From NCBI GenBank assembly GCA_051294375.1, contig CM119265.1, positions 16,498,005 to 16,562,004 of the forward strand: DNA of 64,000 bases, written 5' to 3'. The stretch is from Paraspadella gotoi (lineage: Eukaryota; Animalia; Chaetognatha). Shown in pieces: positions 1 to 12,023 of this stretch; positions within the stretch are counted from its first letter, which is position 1; each line of letters opens with the position of its first letter. The notes beneath the pieces are model-generated. The model ran no database searches. It was not told where the DNA came from and was given only the letters and a program-made list of their open reading frames with translations. The position numbers and the translations under genes are program-made.

Positions 1-142
1 TTGATCAGATTTCGTCTTTTATTTCTTATAGTTTTAGGAATTCCTGAAGGCGGCGCTAGCAGTCTCTTAGATTTGAGATTTTTTCTGTCTTAACAAATGA
101 GCAACCAACTATAGGAAAATTATATGCATTTTTAACGTAAAT

Positions 143-228
143 GGGACAGACCGACGGACAGAAATACCGACCGAGCGAAAAGTGACTTATAGAGTTTCTC
201 CGCGAGTGCTCGCGGCGCAACTAAAAAT
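143..228 (+). mobile_element. Helentron/DINE-1-like non-autonomous element 3' end
   Basis: GACA/GACC/GACG microsatellite-like run followed by a GC hairpin (ccgcgag-tg-ctcgcgg) and caactaaaaa. This layout is typical of HINE/DINE-type ends. It lies in an F-BAR gene intron. Confidence 0.45.
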
Positions 229-260
229 GCAAGAGTCAACTTGGGTTAAGTCAGACTTAC

Positions 261-3200
261 TTTCTTCCGTTCTTGTCTGAGCTCGGCCGCCAGAGCGACG
301 ACGCTCTTAGCAACCTCGTCCGCCAACTTCTCCGCAATGCTTTCATGCTGACCGGCGAGGTCTCCAACCTCCGTAAGTAGGCGATGAAATCCAACGTTAG
401 CGCTGAATTCAGAGTCTTCATTCTTCTTTTTCGGAGTAAAGTTTTTCAAGAGTTTGCTAAAAAAAAAAAATGAATTACATTTTAATTGTATTTAAATTTT
501 AGATTATGTAATATACATATTACATAATAGTCCGTTTTAAAATTAAGTTTCTTTCAATTTCTAGGGAAAAAAACCGTATTTTCAACTTTTATTTGATTCA
601 CGTAGTTTTTCCTAAATCTCACTACAGTACATAGGTAAAACAAAAACAAATTAATTACATGAAATTGGTACAACCAATATAAAAATTATCCATCCATTTA
701 ATAAATAAGCTATCTTGTCACTGACTTTGGACAGGCTTTGGTGGTTTAAGGCCTCCATCACACTTGCAAGATAATAACATAACAGGTTTCTGCAAGCTTT
801 TAATCAAGCCTCTCTCACAGACTTGTTTATTCACTCCCAGTGAACCTGGCTTCCCTATCAATGAAGTGGTATAATATTTCAAAGAATGTTTCAATTGTAT
901 GAAAAGACCACTCCCTTAAGTATTAGATCGGGGAATACTATATTGTACTCCGCACTTACTTATACTGTATACTTATATAATTACTTAAAATTAGAATTAT
1001 ACTTATATATAATTAGAATTATTTGATAAATAAGAGTGCTATGAATCTTTTTCGTATCTAGCCCAGAATTCCTGTGGGTCCTCCTTTAATAGGAAATCAA
1101 CAAGTAAGCGCTAAGCAAGCGCGATCCCTGAAAACTAAAGCAATCTTACAATTTACAATCTTTTCGGCAAAAAATGTGAATTTTCACGATAATCATTTTT
1201 ACGAAAAAATAATTAACTTTCAAATTATATGTGAATAATTGAATATATATATATTTAGCAATTGTTAAACTTTAGTAATAACATTGAATAGAAAGACGTC
1301 ATGCAATGCCTAATGACAGAGACACCAAATCTTCCGCGAAGGAACAAAGCGAATATGTTAAAGTCTGGCATCAAATTTGTCTTTGGAGAAACCCGCCAAC
1401 TCTACCCCCCCCCCTCAATGACTCCACGAATTTGGAGATAAGGAAAAATCAGTGTGCGTGCCGAGGAGAGTTTTATGCCGAGGAGGGAGAGTTTTCTATC
1501 CGATCGGTGCTCATCGCTTGCGTTTGCTCGCGAAAAGCATGAGTCACCGGAGAAAGCGATATACGAGTAAAACTCGAGAAGGAAATAGAATTAAAAGCCA
1601 AGTTGAATTATGATTATGCATGATTTATTTAATTAAAATTTTCACTCTTTGAAAAGTAAGGCTGTAAGCATTGAAAATAAATTGTAAAAACCGGTAGTTC
1701 GAAAAGCGGAGGCAATAATGGAAAACGCATGTAGGTTGTCGCAGAAAACAAACAGGAAGCGAATTTTAATTACGTTAAAAGCAAGGCAAAACGGCTTCAT
1801 ATCATGTCTAAAACTAAGCCGTTTTAGAGTCAGCAAAATCATAAAAAAAATTTAAACTACCCAGTATTTTTTTCTGTTTAAATACTGTTTAAATATTGTT
1901 TGTAATCCTCAAAGAGAGTATTGATGTCAACTTTACGTGTTTACATAACGAATGTGAGTTAAAATGGGCTTTACTGAATGTGCTTTCAACTTTCAAAATT
2001 TTTTTTCTATGGGCAAAATTAATCATTGAATTTATTATTATTATTATTATTGTTTCTACCGGAGGCAAAGTTAGTTAATTTTAATTGTCATTTGAGTCAC
2101 TACAAATGTATACAGCGTTAAAATAATCTTGAGCATGGATTATGGTATCAAAATATTTTTCTTCAAAAATTCTTTCTTCTGAGGATACTAGACAAATTAA
2201 AATTAACATTATTATTTTTACTATATAAAGAAAAAAAAATTGAAATCTTAAAATATATTGATGGATTCTGATAAAGCATAAAAGTCAAACAAAAAATATA
2301 TTTAGTTTTTAAATTTTTTTTCGTTTTCTAAGTGATAATGTAAAAAAACTGAAAATTATCGAAAGATGATGATTTTTTACGATTTTTATTATTTTTGACT
2401 CATCATAAAAATATTTAAAAATGAATTATACTTTGTGTACACAACTTCTTATGAGCTATCTGAATCAGATCTTAAAATTAGAAATTTCTAAAAAAATTGT
2501 TTCCTATCTATAAATATTAAAAAAATAATTAAATTAATTACTAGGGTATAGAGCCATGTAAGAATTTTTTTGTCCATTGAAAGTATACTTAAAAATGTAT
2601 AAATTTTCGTTTGAGCCTGTACTCACTCTAAATCTTTGACTCACCAAATTGAGTGCGTCTATCCCTAATACAATATATATATTAATTATAAACATTTATT
2701 ATATAAACAAGGGCCTGAAACGACGTAACTTTAGAAATTTTTTGAGTAAGGCCCGTTCTGATTGCTGGAGACGTTATTGGTAAAAGCGAAAGAATTATAT
2801 TTCTAAGTACGAGAAACATTTCACTAACCGTAAACTTTTTGCATAGGCAAGTTCGCAATCCGATCGTTGTTTAACGAAATTGGAGTAAAATTCACAGAAT
2901 TCTATTCCTTTTTCGGTGTGTTTCGTTATGTTATCGTATTGATCCTGAAAAAAAAATAAAAAGGAGTTGATTTATAAATTCGTTTCAAAACCAAATAATA
3001 TAATATAGATTAATTTGATATTTACCTTAAAACTTTTAAAAACGCAAACTGCATTAACTAAACTCATTATGAATCGGAATGTGAAAGCGTAAAAAATATT
3101 TTTCGTGATTTTTTTACGTCAATCGCATAATTAGCAATATTTTCGGTATATAATACGGCATATATACGCATATATGAACAATATGTGCCAATTATTCCAA

Positions 3201-4248
3201 ACCAAAAATATTAAGTAACTAAAAAATACCAGTGGAATGAGAATTGCAGGATGATGGAGTACGGCGGTTAGTCGATCCCTGCCTAGCACACCTCCGAGCA
3301 GAAAAAAAAATCTTTGCTCGTTTCAGTTAACTTTTCCTTCAACTGCCCAAAGGTTTTACGATGCTTAAAATGTTTTGAGCTTTGAATCATTTCCTCCGAA
3401 TTACATCGGCTTTGATTTGAATGAAAAAAAAAGCTATCACGAATTTTCATAGTTTTGAACCGGATGTTTAACGTCAGTAAATTTAGTAACAATATTCTAG
3501 TAAAATAACTTTAGGTGTTCTTAGGTTAAAACGTTTAAAATTAATTTTTAAAAATCCTTCACTTTTTAAGAAAATTTTTTTACATAAAATAAAATAAAAA
3601 TAAACTTCACGGTGAGTAATTGTCCTTGTAAAACTGCCTATAAGAGAATAATAAATAATTGAGCTGAAGCCGAAGGCCTTGTACAAGATGTACAAGTTGT
3701 AACTACGGAAAGGCTGAAATTACTCTTAGCTTTAATGGAAATACCAACTTGTTTCTTCCCAGACACTGACCAGAATAAAATTACTTAACAGCTCGCACCA
3801 ATATTTTTAAGGGTAATTTATTTCATCTTTCAATAATATTTTATATTTAATAAATATTACTTATATTAATAATCATATTTCATATTAATACTTTATTAGT
3901 AATTTAGAATTTATTATCGTTTAATTAAAGTAAAAACAAATTGCACTAATGGACTCACGAATTACTCTCGGTTAATTCCATTTATTTGAAAATCTTAGTG
4001 CATGAACTAATAAAAAAATAGTAATAACAAGATAAACGTATAATGTATAATCTTTTACACCGTTTTTTTTTCTTCAAAAAACAGGGCTCACATTTTACTA
4101 GAATCTACTTAATTAAAGACATATCCTACCAATGCCGATCTTTGGTTAATCAATTCGACTCCTTGGTTCTTACACATTAAAACGATCATGTTCTAAGTCT
4201 AAGGAACTTAAAAAATTATCTCACCCAAAGTTCGATTCCCCAACTCAT
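261..4248 (-). CDS. FNBP1: F-BAR protein of the FNBP1/CIP4/TOCA-1 family, 5' exons (gene runs off the left edge)
   Basis: Exons 4225-4248 (MSWGIELW), 2829-2944 (DQYDNITKHTEKGIEFCEFY...YAKSLR) and 261-456 (...DLAGQHESIAEKL...ELRQERKK) splice in frame at GT-AG sites. They match the FNBP1/CIP4 N-terminal F-BAR domain. Confidence 0.9.
659..925 (-). repeat. Dispersed ~265-bp repeat, family A copy 1
   Basis: Reverse complement aligns by eye with 9361-9626 and 40021-40277 (shared aatacttaagggagtggtcttttcat...gatggaggccttaaac...caagatagc). Confidence 0.9.
2240..2515. repeat. Dispersed AT-rich repeat, inverted copy at about 29622-29916
   Basis: Shared blocks gatggattctga, ctgaatc(a/t)gatcttaaaat and tatactttgtg appear in reverse-complement order at 29.6-29.9 kb. 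Confidence 0.7.
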
Positions 4249-4907
4249 TTTGATGGTTCGAACGACATGGGGGTCTTCGCGGGTGACTCGTGACCAAATC
4301 GCGCGAACGACGTCGCAAGTGAACGATCGAGCAAGGACGTTAAGAGGCGAGAAAACTCCGTTAACGCGTTACCGTCGTGACGAGGACACTTGTGGATCGT
4401 GAGGCATAATCGACGAGCGACGACTTAGAGCCAGTTAGAGAGCGAGAGACTCGAGCAGAGAGAGAGAGAGACCTGAAGACCAAGATGGAGAGCGAGGTTG
4501 ACGTCAACGGCAGGAGACCCGGAGCTTGAGGAGGACTTAAAGGCTTTCCAAATTGACAAGGGAAACAGAAGAGAGGGGAAATTCATCGCGGGGAAAACTC
4601 ATTACACCTTCTTTACAACGTTTTCCTCTCCTTTTTTATTTATCCTAATCCGCCTTATTCTTTATTAATTAGTATAAAGAGTCAACCATATTTTTTGCTA
4701 TTTTATTAATGAATCGTAGGAAAATCGATACGATCGACGTTCGAGTTTGGATCCGAATACTGAGTGTATGTGTGAGAGAGAGAGAGAGACGATGTTTCCT
4801 GCGAACTTAGTGACGGAGAGTGAGAGTTAAAATAAACGGTTGTTCTGTCTGCTCGTCTCATCTGCTCGTCTCCAGCCTGGATTTTCTTTGGACTTAGAAA
4901 TCCGAGG
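4249..4907. promoter_or_regulatory. Bidirectional promoter region between FNBP1 and DAXX
   Basis: 660 bp between divergent ATGs, CpG-rich relative to the flanking introns, with (GA)n tracts at about 4437-4471 and 4773-4789. Confidence 0.55.
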
Positions 4908-7900
4908 ATGACGACGAACGTGGAGGAAGTCGTCCTGTCGTCGGACGAGGACGACGAAGACGTCCGACCATTTAAATCTAAGGTAAGAACGTTGAGGTAT
5001 ACGTATTTATTGTCTTTTGAATTTCCGGTTTGTTTAATTTTTATCGTTTATTCTTTTTGACATTGTAATTCTCTCTCATTATTAATTTGTGAACAAAATT
5101 CTGTCTCAAATTTCACATTTGTCAATGCACTGATGAAGGCTTGAATACCAAAGCCGAAACATGTCCGAAAATAACAATTGTCGTCGTAGAATCAAACAAA
5201 GATTTTCTTTTTCTCACATAATTTTTGTTAAAAATGTTTGTAAATGTAGCAGATTAAAACTATATTTAAAGATTCGGCAAAAAGTATTTTAACTGAAGGA
5301 ATACGATAAACTAACAAATTATAAAGAACACCTCTTTTTTTTAACACAGACCTCGAATACCAGCAATCAAGCGACCTCATCTAAAAATCTCTCTTCTAAG
5401 CGACGAGTTTTTGGGCCGATTACGTCCAAGGCTTCGCTTCTAAAACCCGGCGCTCATTCACGTCTACCAACGCCTCTCGCATCTCAAACTCGACTTACCT
5501 CTCAAACTATTACCATGGGCGTTCATCGAGGAGTCGGCCCCGCGCCTTCTATCTCGTCAGTTTATCAAATGCCGGACGGGGTAAGGGTTACGCCTGTTCC
5601 AAAAGGAAATGCCGCGGTACCACGGATGTTCACCCAGGCGGCCCATACGGCACGACACAACTTTCCTCAATCAGATTCGCGATCTTTGAGCTTCGTCCAA
5701 AGGGCGAGACTCCGAAAAGGACCGGCTCGCCATGAAGCCCCCGTCCACAACAGGGGACAAAACGCCTTTAACCGGGAACCCCCCAAAACTCAAAGGAGAA
5801 ATCTGACGTCAGTCGACACATCGCAGTCAGCACGGGAATCGCCAGGCCCCCCAACTGCCTCCACAGAGTTTAACCCCATGATAGTAGGTATTAAATCTCT
5901 TTCCCCGTCGACGCGACAGCTATCTAAAGACGCACCTGTCGGCGCCGGCTACCGAAGAAAGGTACCCTTGCACAAGTATACGTATCCGCCGAACACGAAT
6001 AAGCCGAGCCGAGTCTCTGAGCCGGTGACATCTGCTTCTACCTCAACGCCGCCGCCTCCCCTCATCGAAATCGACATGACGCCGCCTAAAGAATACCCCG
6101 ACTCTCCTAGATTTCCATCCAAATCCAGCGTCCATTTGACGCCCAGAAAAGTGGCCAGCATCCACAAGAAATCCTTCGGGTCCGAGTCTCGTGACCGGCC
6201 CAGAACTCCAGGCTCCGCCAAAGTCAACGCCAAAGATTTCAAAGACAGATACGACGCCAAAAATATTGCCAAAAGGAGGCGAAAAAAGAATGAGCATAGG
6301 TTGGTGCAACCTACTCTCAAAGACGTCTTCCCAGTGCCCATCCCCCTTGGATGGCGGGACGATGGGTTTTTCGACAAGCAATCGCGAATACAAGGATCAC
6401 CACAAATTCTAACGCCATCGTCGCTGTCGCCGCCGAAGGCATCGCAGACTCCAAAAAGTAGGAGCCAAAAGTTGAAAACAAAAGACAGTCGGGAACAAGA
6501 AAAAGCGCCTAGTGAAAATATCACGGAGGTTTCCTCTACCACAGAGACCATGGTTCGCGAGGCACAGTCGACGTCGACGGAAACCTCTGGAAATAATGAA
6601 GATCCAATTCCCGCGCCAATTTCGTCTTCACCAACGCCTCTAGAACCACCTAGTGGGCCAACTCCTTCCCAGTTTACGCTCGAGCTACCCACCTCGCCTT
6701 CTCCTTCGACCGCGCCGAATCATAGCAATGCGCCGGACACATCCACACCTGCCGAAACCAACGAGGCGACGCCGTCTCGAAAGCGAAAATTGAGCGACAC
6801 CCAAGAGGATGGTCCACTCATCGTTGGCGAAACCCCGGTTACTTCGTCGGAAAGCCGCGGAAACGAGGCAGCTTCGAAGAAACCCCGTCGGGTAAAACTG
6901 ACAACCTTGTCACCAGAAGAACCGACATCGCCGAGACCTTCCGACGACATTCTCGAGATCGGCATTGTGGAAAGATCCGACGACGTCGTGGTCGTTAAAC
7001 GGCGCCGGAGAAACTCGGACCAAAGCGGCAGCGCCACGGATTACTCAGAGTCCGATTCTGTCTCCTCCGAGTCTGAAAACGACAACGAAGCAATTTCTTC
7101 GGCGAACGATTTCATGGGAGAGGCAAATTTGGGAGTAAAAAACAACGAAGGCAAAAATCAATTCGATTTGGAACAAGAATCAGAAGAAATAAGGAAAGAC
7201 GACGCTACGCGGCCAGAGGGGGACACGACGCAACCAGAGGGGGAAGCGACGCCGCCAGGTGACGTGACGCCACAAGAAAACTCGACAGTCGAGTCTGCGC
7301 CTCTTAATACGGACGAAATGTCGACAGTAAGGGACGCGACGGCGTCTGCGGAGGAACCGACGTCGCACGATGGAGATTTAAACGAACTGACTCATTCTGA
7401 AGTGGACGGCACATTCCAATCGCCAAACCGGGACTATTTGGATAGTACTATGGAGGATCCTGAAGATGTGGATGAATGCGTCGGAGTCGACGGTCTGGAA
7501 AAAGTTGTAAACGTCGCCAAAGTTCATCTTAAGGAAGATGAAAGAGATCTCCTGCGCTTCACTCGACTAAACTTCGACAAGGCAGATCCCGACTTCACGG
7601 CTTCGCACAAATTTGGTGCTGTTGTCGCGCAGACCGTTGTTACCATGGAAAAGGACCCTACGCAAATTTTCGTTCACTTAAAAGATTTTGTTACGCATCT
7701 AAAGGTAGTGTATCTAACAATTTGGTCAAAAAAATTAAAATTTTTATGTACTATCTTTTTTTTTAGCGAAACAAGTTAAAGATCGGAAAAAAACAAAAAT
7801 TTGCCAAAGAAGTTGACTCGGAAAAAACCTCTAGAGAGAGCTCCCCGTTTAATTTGTCTGATACGGGTAAAAATAGTTGTAATTATATGAAATCACGGTC

Positions 7901-10900
7901 ATTATTAAACACAATTGTCATATTTTCAAAACAGCACGCAAAACTGTGGAAGCTTCGAAAAAAATCGCCGGAATACCTAAAATACTAAAGTTGAATTGCC
8001 AACAAGAGCATGATACAACTCAAACAAAGTCAACAGATAATAATAATGATGTAGCAGAGGTAAAACGCCGAGATAAAAAATAAACTTGCATTACTTGTAT
8101 AATAGAGTGGAGCTCTCGAGAATAAAACAATTATTTGAGGATAATTAGACTAATTAGATGTGAGATAGCATCATTAACAAGTATAAAAATATTTTGTTTA
8201 TATTGTTTGAGGAACAGTTTAGTAAAATACAATATTTTTATAGTAATATCCTTATAAAATAATAAAATATAAAAATAGTATTTGTAACGCTTTTGCGCAT
8301 AAGTGGCGTCGTCCTTGGCGTTCCAAATTATAGATCGCCTTTTTTATGATTAAATTTGGGTGTATGAAGCTGAAAATTTATATACAGCTTCTCATCATCG
8401 ATGTGCTTAAAATTGAGTCTGGACAGTTATTAAATATGTTTTGTTTACGTTTTATCAAAAACAAATTTTCATATTTCTTTCTCTCTCTCTTTTCTCTTTT
8501 AATTTCATGTCTCTCTCCCTCTCTCTTTTCCCGAGTCACTGATTCATAGGGAAAAAAACGAGTCTGCAGTTGGCTCTGCAGGGGCTTATTCTTTTTCTCT
8601 CTTTTCTCTTGCTGCTTCTGCTGCTGCCTTTTGAGTCTGCAGCTGGCTCTGCAAGGGCTTATTCTTTATCTCTCTTTTCTCCTGCTGCCTTTTGATTTTT
8701 TTCTTTTCTCTCTCTCTCACTCTCTCTGCGTTTTTATTAAAAAAAAAATTGAAATAGGATTGAACTCGTAAAATTAAGCATCGCATTTGTGCATGTTATC
8801 ATTTTGCTATCGCAACATCATTTTTATTTCTTTTCTTTTTTTCAAGGGCTGCGTCTGCTGATTAATTTATTTTTTGACAATGACAATTTTTTTTCCCTTT
8901 TTTTTTCAGAAACTAACTTTAATTTATAAATTTTTTTTTCTATTTATAAATTAATTTTCTTTTATCAAATTTTATTTTTTTTAGTATCAAAATTTGTCGT
9001 CAATCCAGATTTTTCTTATGCGATTGCGACGATCCTTATGCTTTTAAGATTTTTATTAATGATTCGGATTTTTAATAAAAATTTAGATGAAAAATATATA
9101 ACATGTTACCAAAAATTTTGCCGTCTTTAGCATAAATAATTGGGGGAAAACATAAAAATTTATAACTTTTTTATTCACTATAGTAAAAACTATAATATGC
9201 TGAAACATTAAAATTGCCAGCTTTCAATCAAGACTAAATGATGAGTAAGGCGGAACAAGGTAAAAACTAAGAATTCTGTAATATAAATAACGTTAGAGCA
9301 TTCCTGCGGGATAAAGAAGTTTTTTAAAAAATTTATATTTTATGTATAGTTAATAACATAAATACTTAAGGGAGTGGTCTTTTCATACAATTGAAACATT
9401 CTTTGAAATATTTTCCACTTCATTGATAGGGAAGCCAGGTACTCTGGGAGTGAATAAACGAGACTGTGAAAGAGTCTTGATTGAAAACTTGCAGGGACCT
9501 GCTATGTCATTATCTTGTAAGAGTGATGGAGGCCTTAAACCACCAAAGCCTGTCAAAAGTCAGGGGCAAGATAGCTTATTTATTAAATGAATAGATAATT
9601 TTTGTATTGGTTATACCAATTTCATAATATATTTTACAAAAGTTTCTTATTTTTTATGGCAAATCCGAATCTGTTCTTAAGAATTTAAAAAATTCATTTT
9701 GAAATTTTATGATTTTATAAGGATATTACTACAGAGAAAATAGATTTTGCTATACTGTTATGCTAAAAAATATAATAAATAATTTAAATAATTTAAATTT
9801 TGTTAAATACATATGCAAAGGCAGCAAAAAATATCCAATCCTTCTATCTTTTCATCACTCCACCATATTGTATAATGTAACAGTTAAGCATTTTTTTAGA
9901 ATAACGAAACGTCAGAAAATCCAATCAACGGCGAATGTGTTCCTGTAAATATTGGCGAAACTTTTAACAAAGGTAGGAAAGTCAATGTTTAATCGTTGAT
10001 TTCAAAATTTCAAATCTATTTTTATTTGTCGCCCATCGATGTCGTCATTATTAAAAATGTGTAATTGTATAATGGTAAAATTGATACATTCGTCATGATG
10101 CTAAAAGATTTGTAATATTTATATATTTTTTTTTTAAATATTATTTTGGACTTTGGGTTTGAAATTAGAATCAAATAACAAGCGGGGACACTTTCCTAGA
10201 TGTATCTCCAGATTCTCCAGAATTTTTTTTTTCAAAATATATTAACTATGCGTAAAATTTGATTACTTCCAAAAGTGTTCCGAATTATCCCGCCTTACCC
10301 TATCAAATTCTTTAGGGCCCGAAGAAGAGCACGCACCCAAAAAAGGTCTAGTCGTTGGCGGCAAAAAAGAGCTGGGAAAATCAACGGGCGGTTCTCAGAA
10401 GCAGCTCCATCAACTTTATCGCCTCCTGGAAAAGTTGGAAATGGAAATTCTACGATTGGAGGAGAAAGAATTAGGCTTAGATGATCTGAAAGATTCCAAC
10501 TCCTCTCATATCCAAGAAGCCAAACTAAAACTAAAGGCTGTCAAAGTTTGGCAGGCAATTTGCAAAAAAGAAAAACGCGACCCCGAAGACATAGGCAGAG
10601 TCACTAAACGAAAGTTTTGTTACAAAGGTCACGAATTTTAAATTGGAATTTAATAATAACACACTTATCAAATAAAACTTCATACTCCCAAACACAGGAT
10701 CTCGTTTCAAGGAAATCAATCGCGCTATATCTCGCTACGTCACACGCACGCACGAATTCCCAGATTTCGGAGGTGTCCAACGTTTGGTAAAGCAAGCCAA
10801 CGAAAAGTACAATCTCAACATGCGACCCAACAATGTTTACGATACAGCCAAATCAGTTTTCCAGGTGATAAGGGTCTTAAGACGAAAATAAGCGTCAAAA

Positions 10901-11603
10901 TGTTTCTAAATATAACTAAAATCCACTGAACGTACATTAACATTTTGGAAGCAATACCCAATTTATCGACTTATTAGTGTGTAACAGACAGGGTAGCTAC
11001 GATTGTTTTATAATCATTTCTGATTTCGCATCAGGACGTGGGTGAACTTCTGCAAGCCAGGCGTCACACGGACTTTGTGGTTGATTTCGGTTGTCCGCTC
11101 ATCGACGAGTTTCGTGAGCAGCATGGCTCCGAGGATCCCGCCAATACGGACGCCTATCTTGCTGCCAAACTCGATGAAAACGCAAAGGTGATATAAGGAA
11201 ATTATATTCGTAATTATCACGATAATAACTTAACTACGTAACTACGCTTAATTTTCTCAAGATCGCAAAAAAAAGAACAGACGAAGTATTCGTACAATTC
11301 GTTAAGAGACAAGAAGAGAATCGAGGATTTTGTTCAGTGATGGCGCGAGATTCGACGGCCGAATCCTCGCCGCGACCTTCAACCAGCAAAGAAGCGGAAG
11401 GGATTTACTCTCGGAAAATCAAAGAGAGCAGAGGAGACGAATTCGATCAAGTCAATGAATTGGAAGAGGATGCTGAGGAAGATGAGGACGAAGAAAAAAT
11501 GGAAGAAAAAGAAACGCTCGAATTGGCAAAGTCATTGGATGAGGAGGAAGAAGATGAGGATGACGCCAACGATGATGATAATTTGATTCGATGGAAACTG
11601 TGA
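4908..11603 (+). CDS. DAXX: Death domain-associated protein 6 (DAXX, H3.3 chaperone) with long disordered N-terminus
   Basis: Exon 1 (4908-4982) has an N-terminal SIM-like VVLSSDEDD. Exon 2 (5350-7704) is in frame with the 754-aa ORF. Exons at 10.3-11.2 kb encode the DAXX histone-binding domain (EILRLEEKELGLDDL...QEAKLK, FPDFGGV, DVGELLQARR...FGC..D...DPA). An acidic tail ends at TGA 11601-11603. Confidence 0.88.
5126..5169 (+). ncRNA. Minimal type I hammerhead ribozyme (Penelope-type), degenerate stem I
   Basis: CUGAUGA-A, stem II ggcuu/aagcc, GAAA, palindromic stem III ACAUGU, then C17. Stem I ugca/cgaa is mismatched. Located in DAXX intron 1. Confidence 0.65.
8101..9869. mobile_element. 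MITE-like DNA transposon, family B, with nested insertions, in a DAXX intron
   Basis: Ends tagagtggag / ctccaccata, with the sub-terminal inverted block tagtaatatccttataaaat / attttataaggatattacta. Both arms match 49178-49805. Confidence 0.75.
9361..9626 (+). repeat. Dispersed ~265-bp repeat, family A copy 2 (nested in family B element)
   Basis: Aligns with 659-925 (reverse complement) and 40021-40277. Confidence 0.9.
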
Positions 11604-12023
11604 TTCTTTTTATATTTACTGAAACCTAATTTGTTAGCTTAGTGTTGATTGTTTCTCAAAGCTCTCGCGATTGTTTAAGAAACCTTTGGTATAATTGTTT
11701 TTACTGACCTATGTAGGAAGCTATTACATAGCTGGAAAAATCAAAGATTGGCATTAAACGACTAGATAGATAAACAATTACACATTACAAAATAATTATC
11801 AATGTAACTCGCGACCATGTCCAAACGGAAACAATAACCCAATATCGAAATATCACCCAGATTTAATTTATGAAGACATCGTTAAAAAAATCACGATATT
11901 ACTATTTTACAACCGTTTAAAAAGTGAAGATGGCTTTAGGAAGTCTCAATCAGTCAATGGCACAATGATGATAGGAATGTTATTAGGAGACTGATCAAGT
12001 TTTTAATCGACGAAACGTTTGAC

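Noticed and set aside
5949-7368. Antisense ORFs over DAXX exon 2 and similar shadow ORFs over IDUA, USP5 and KDM1B
   Set aside because: These are by-products of GC-rich coding sequence on the opposite strand or frame.
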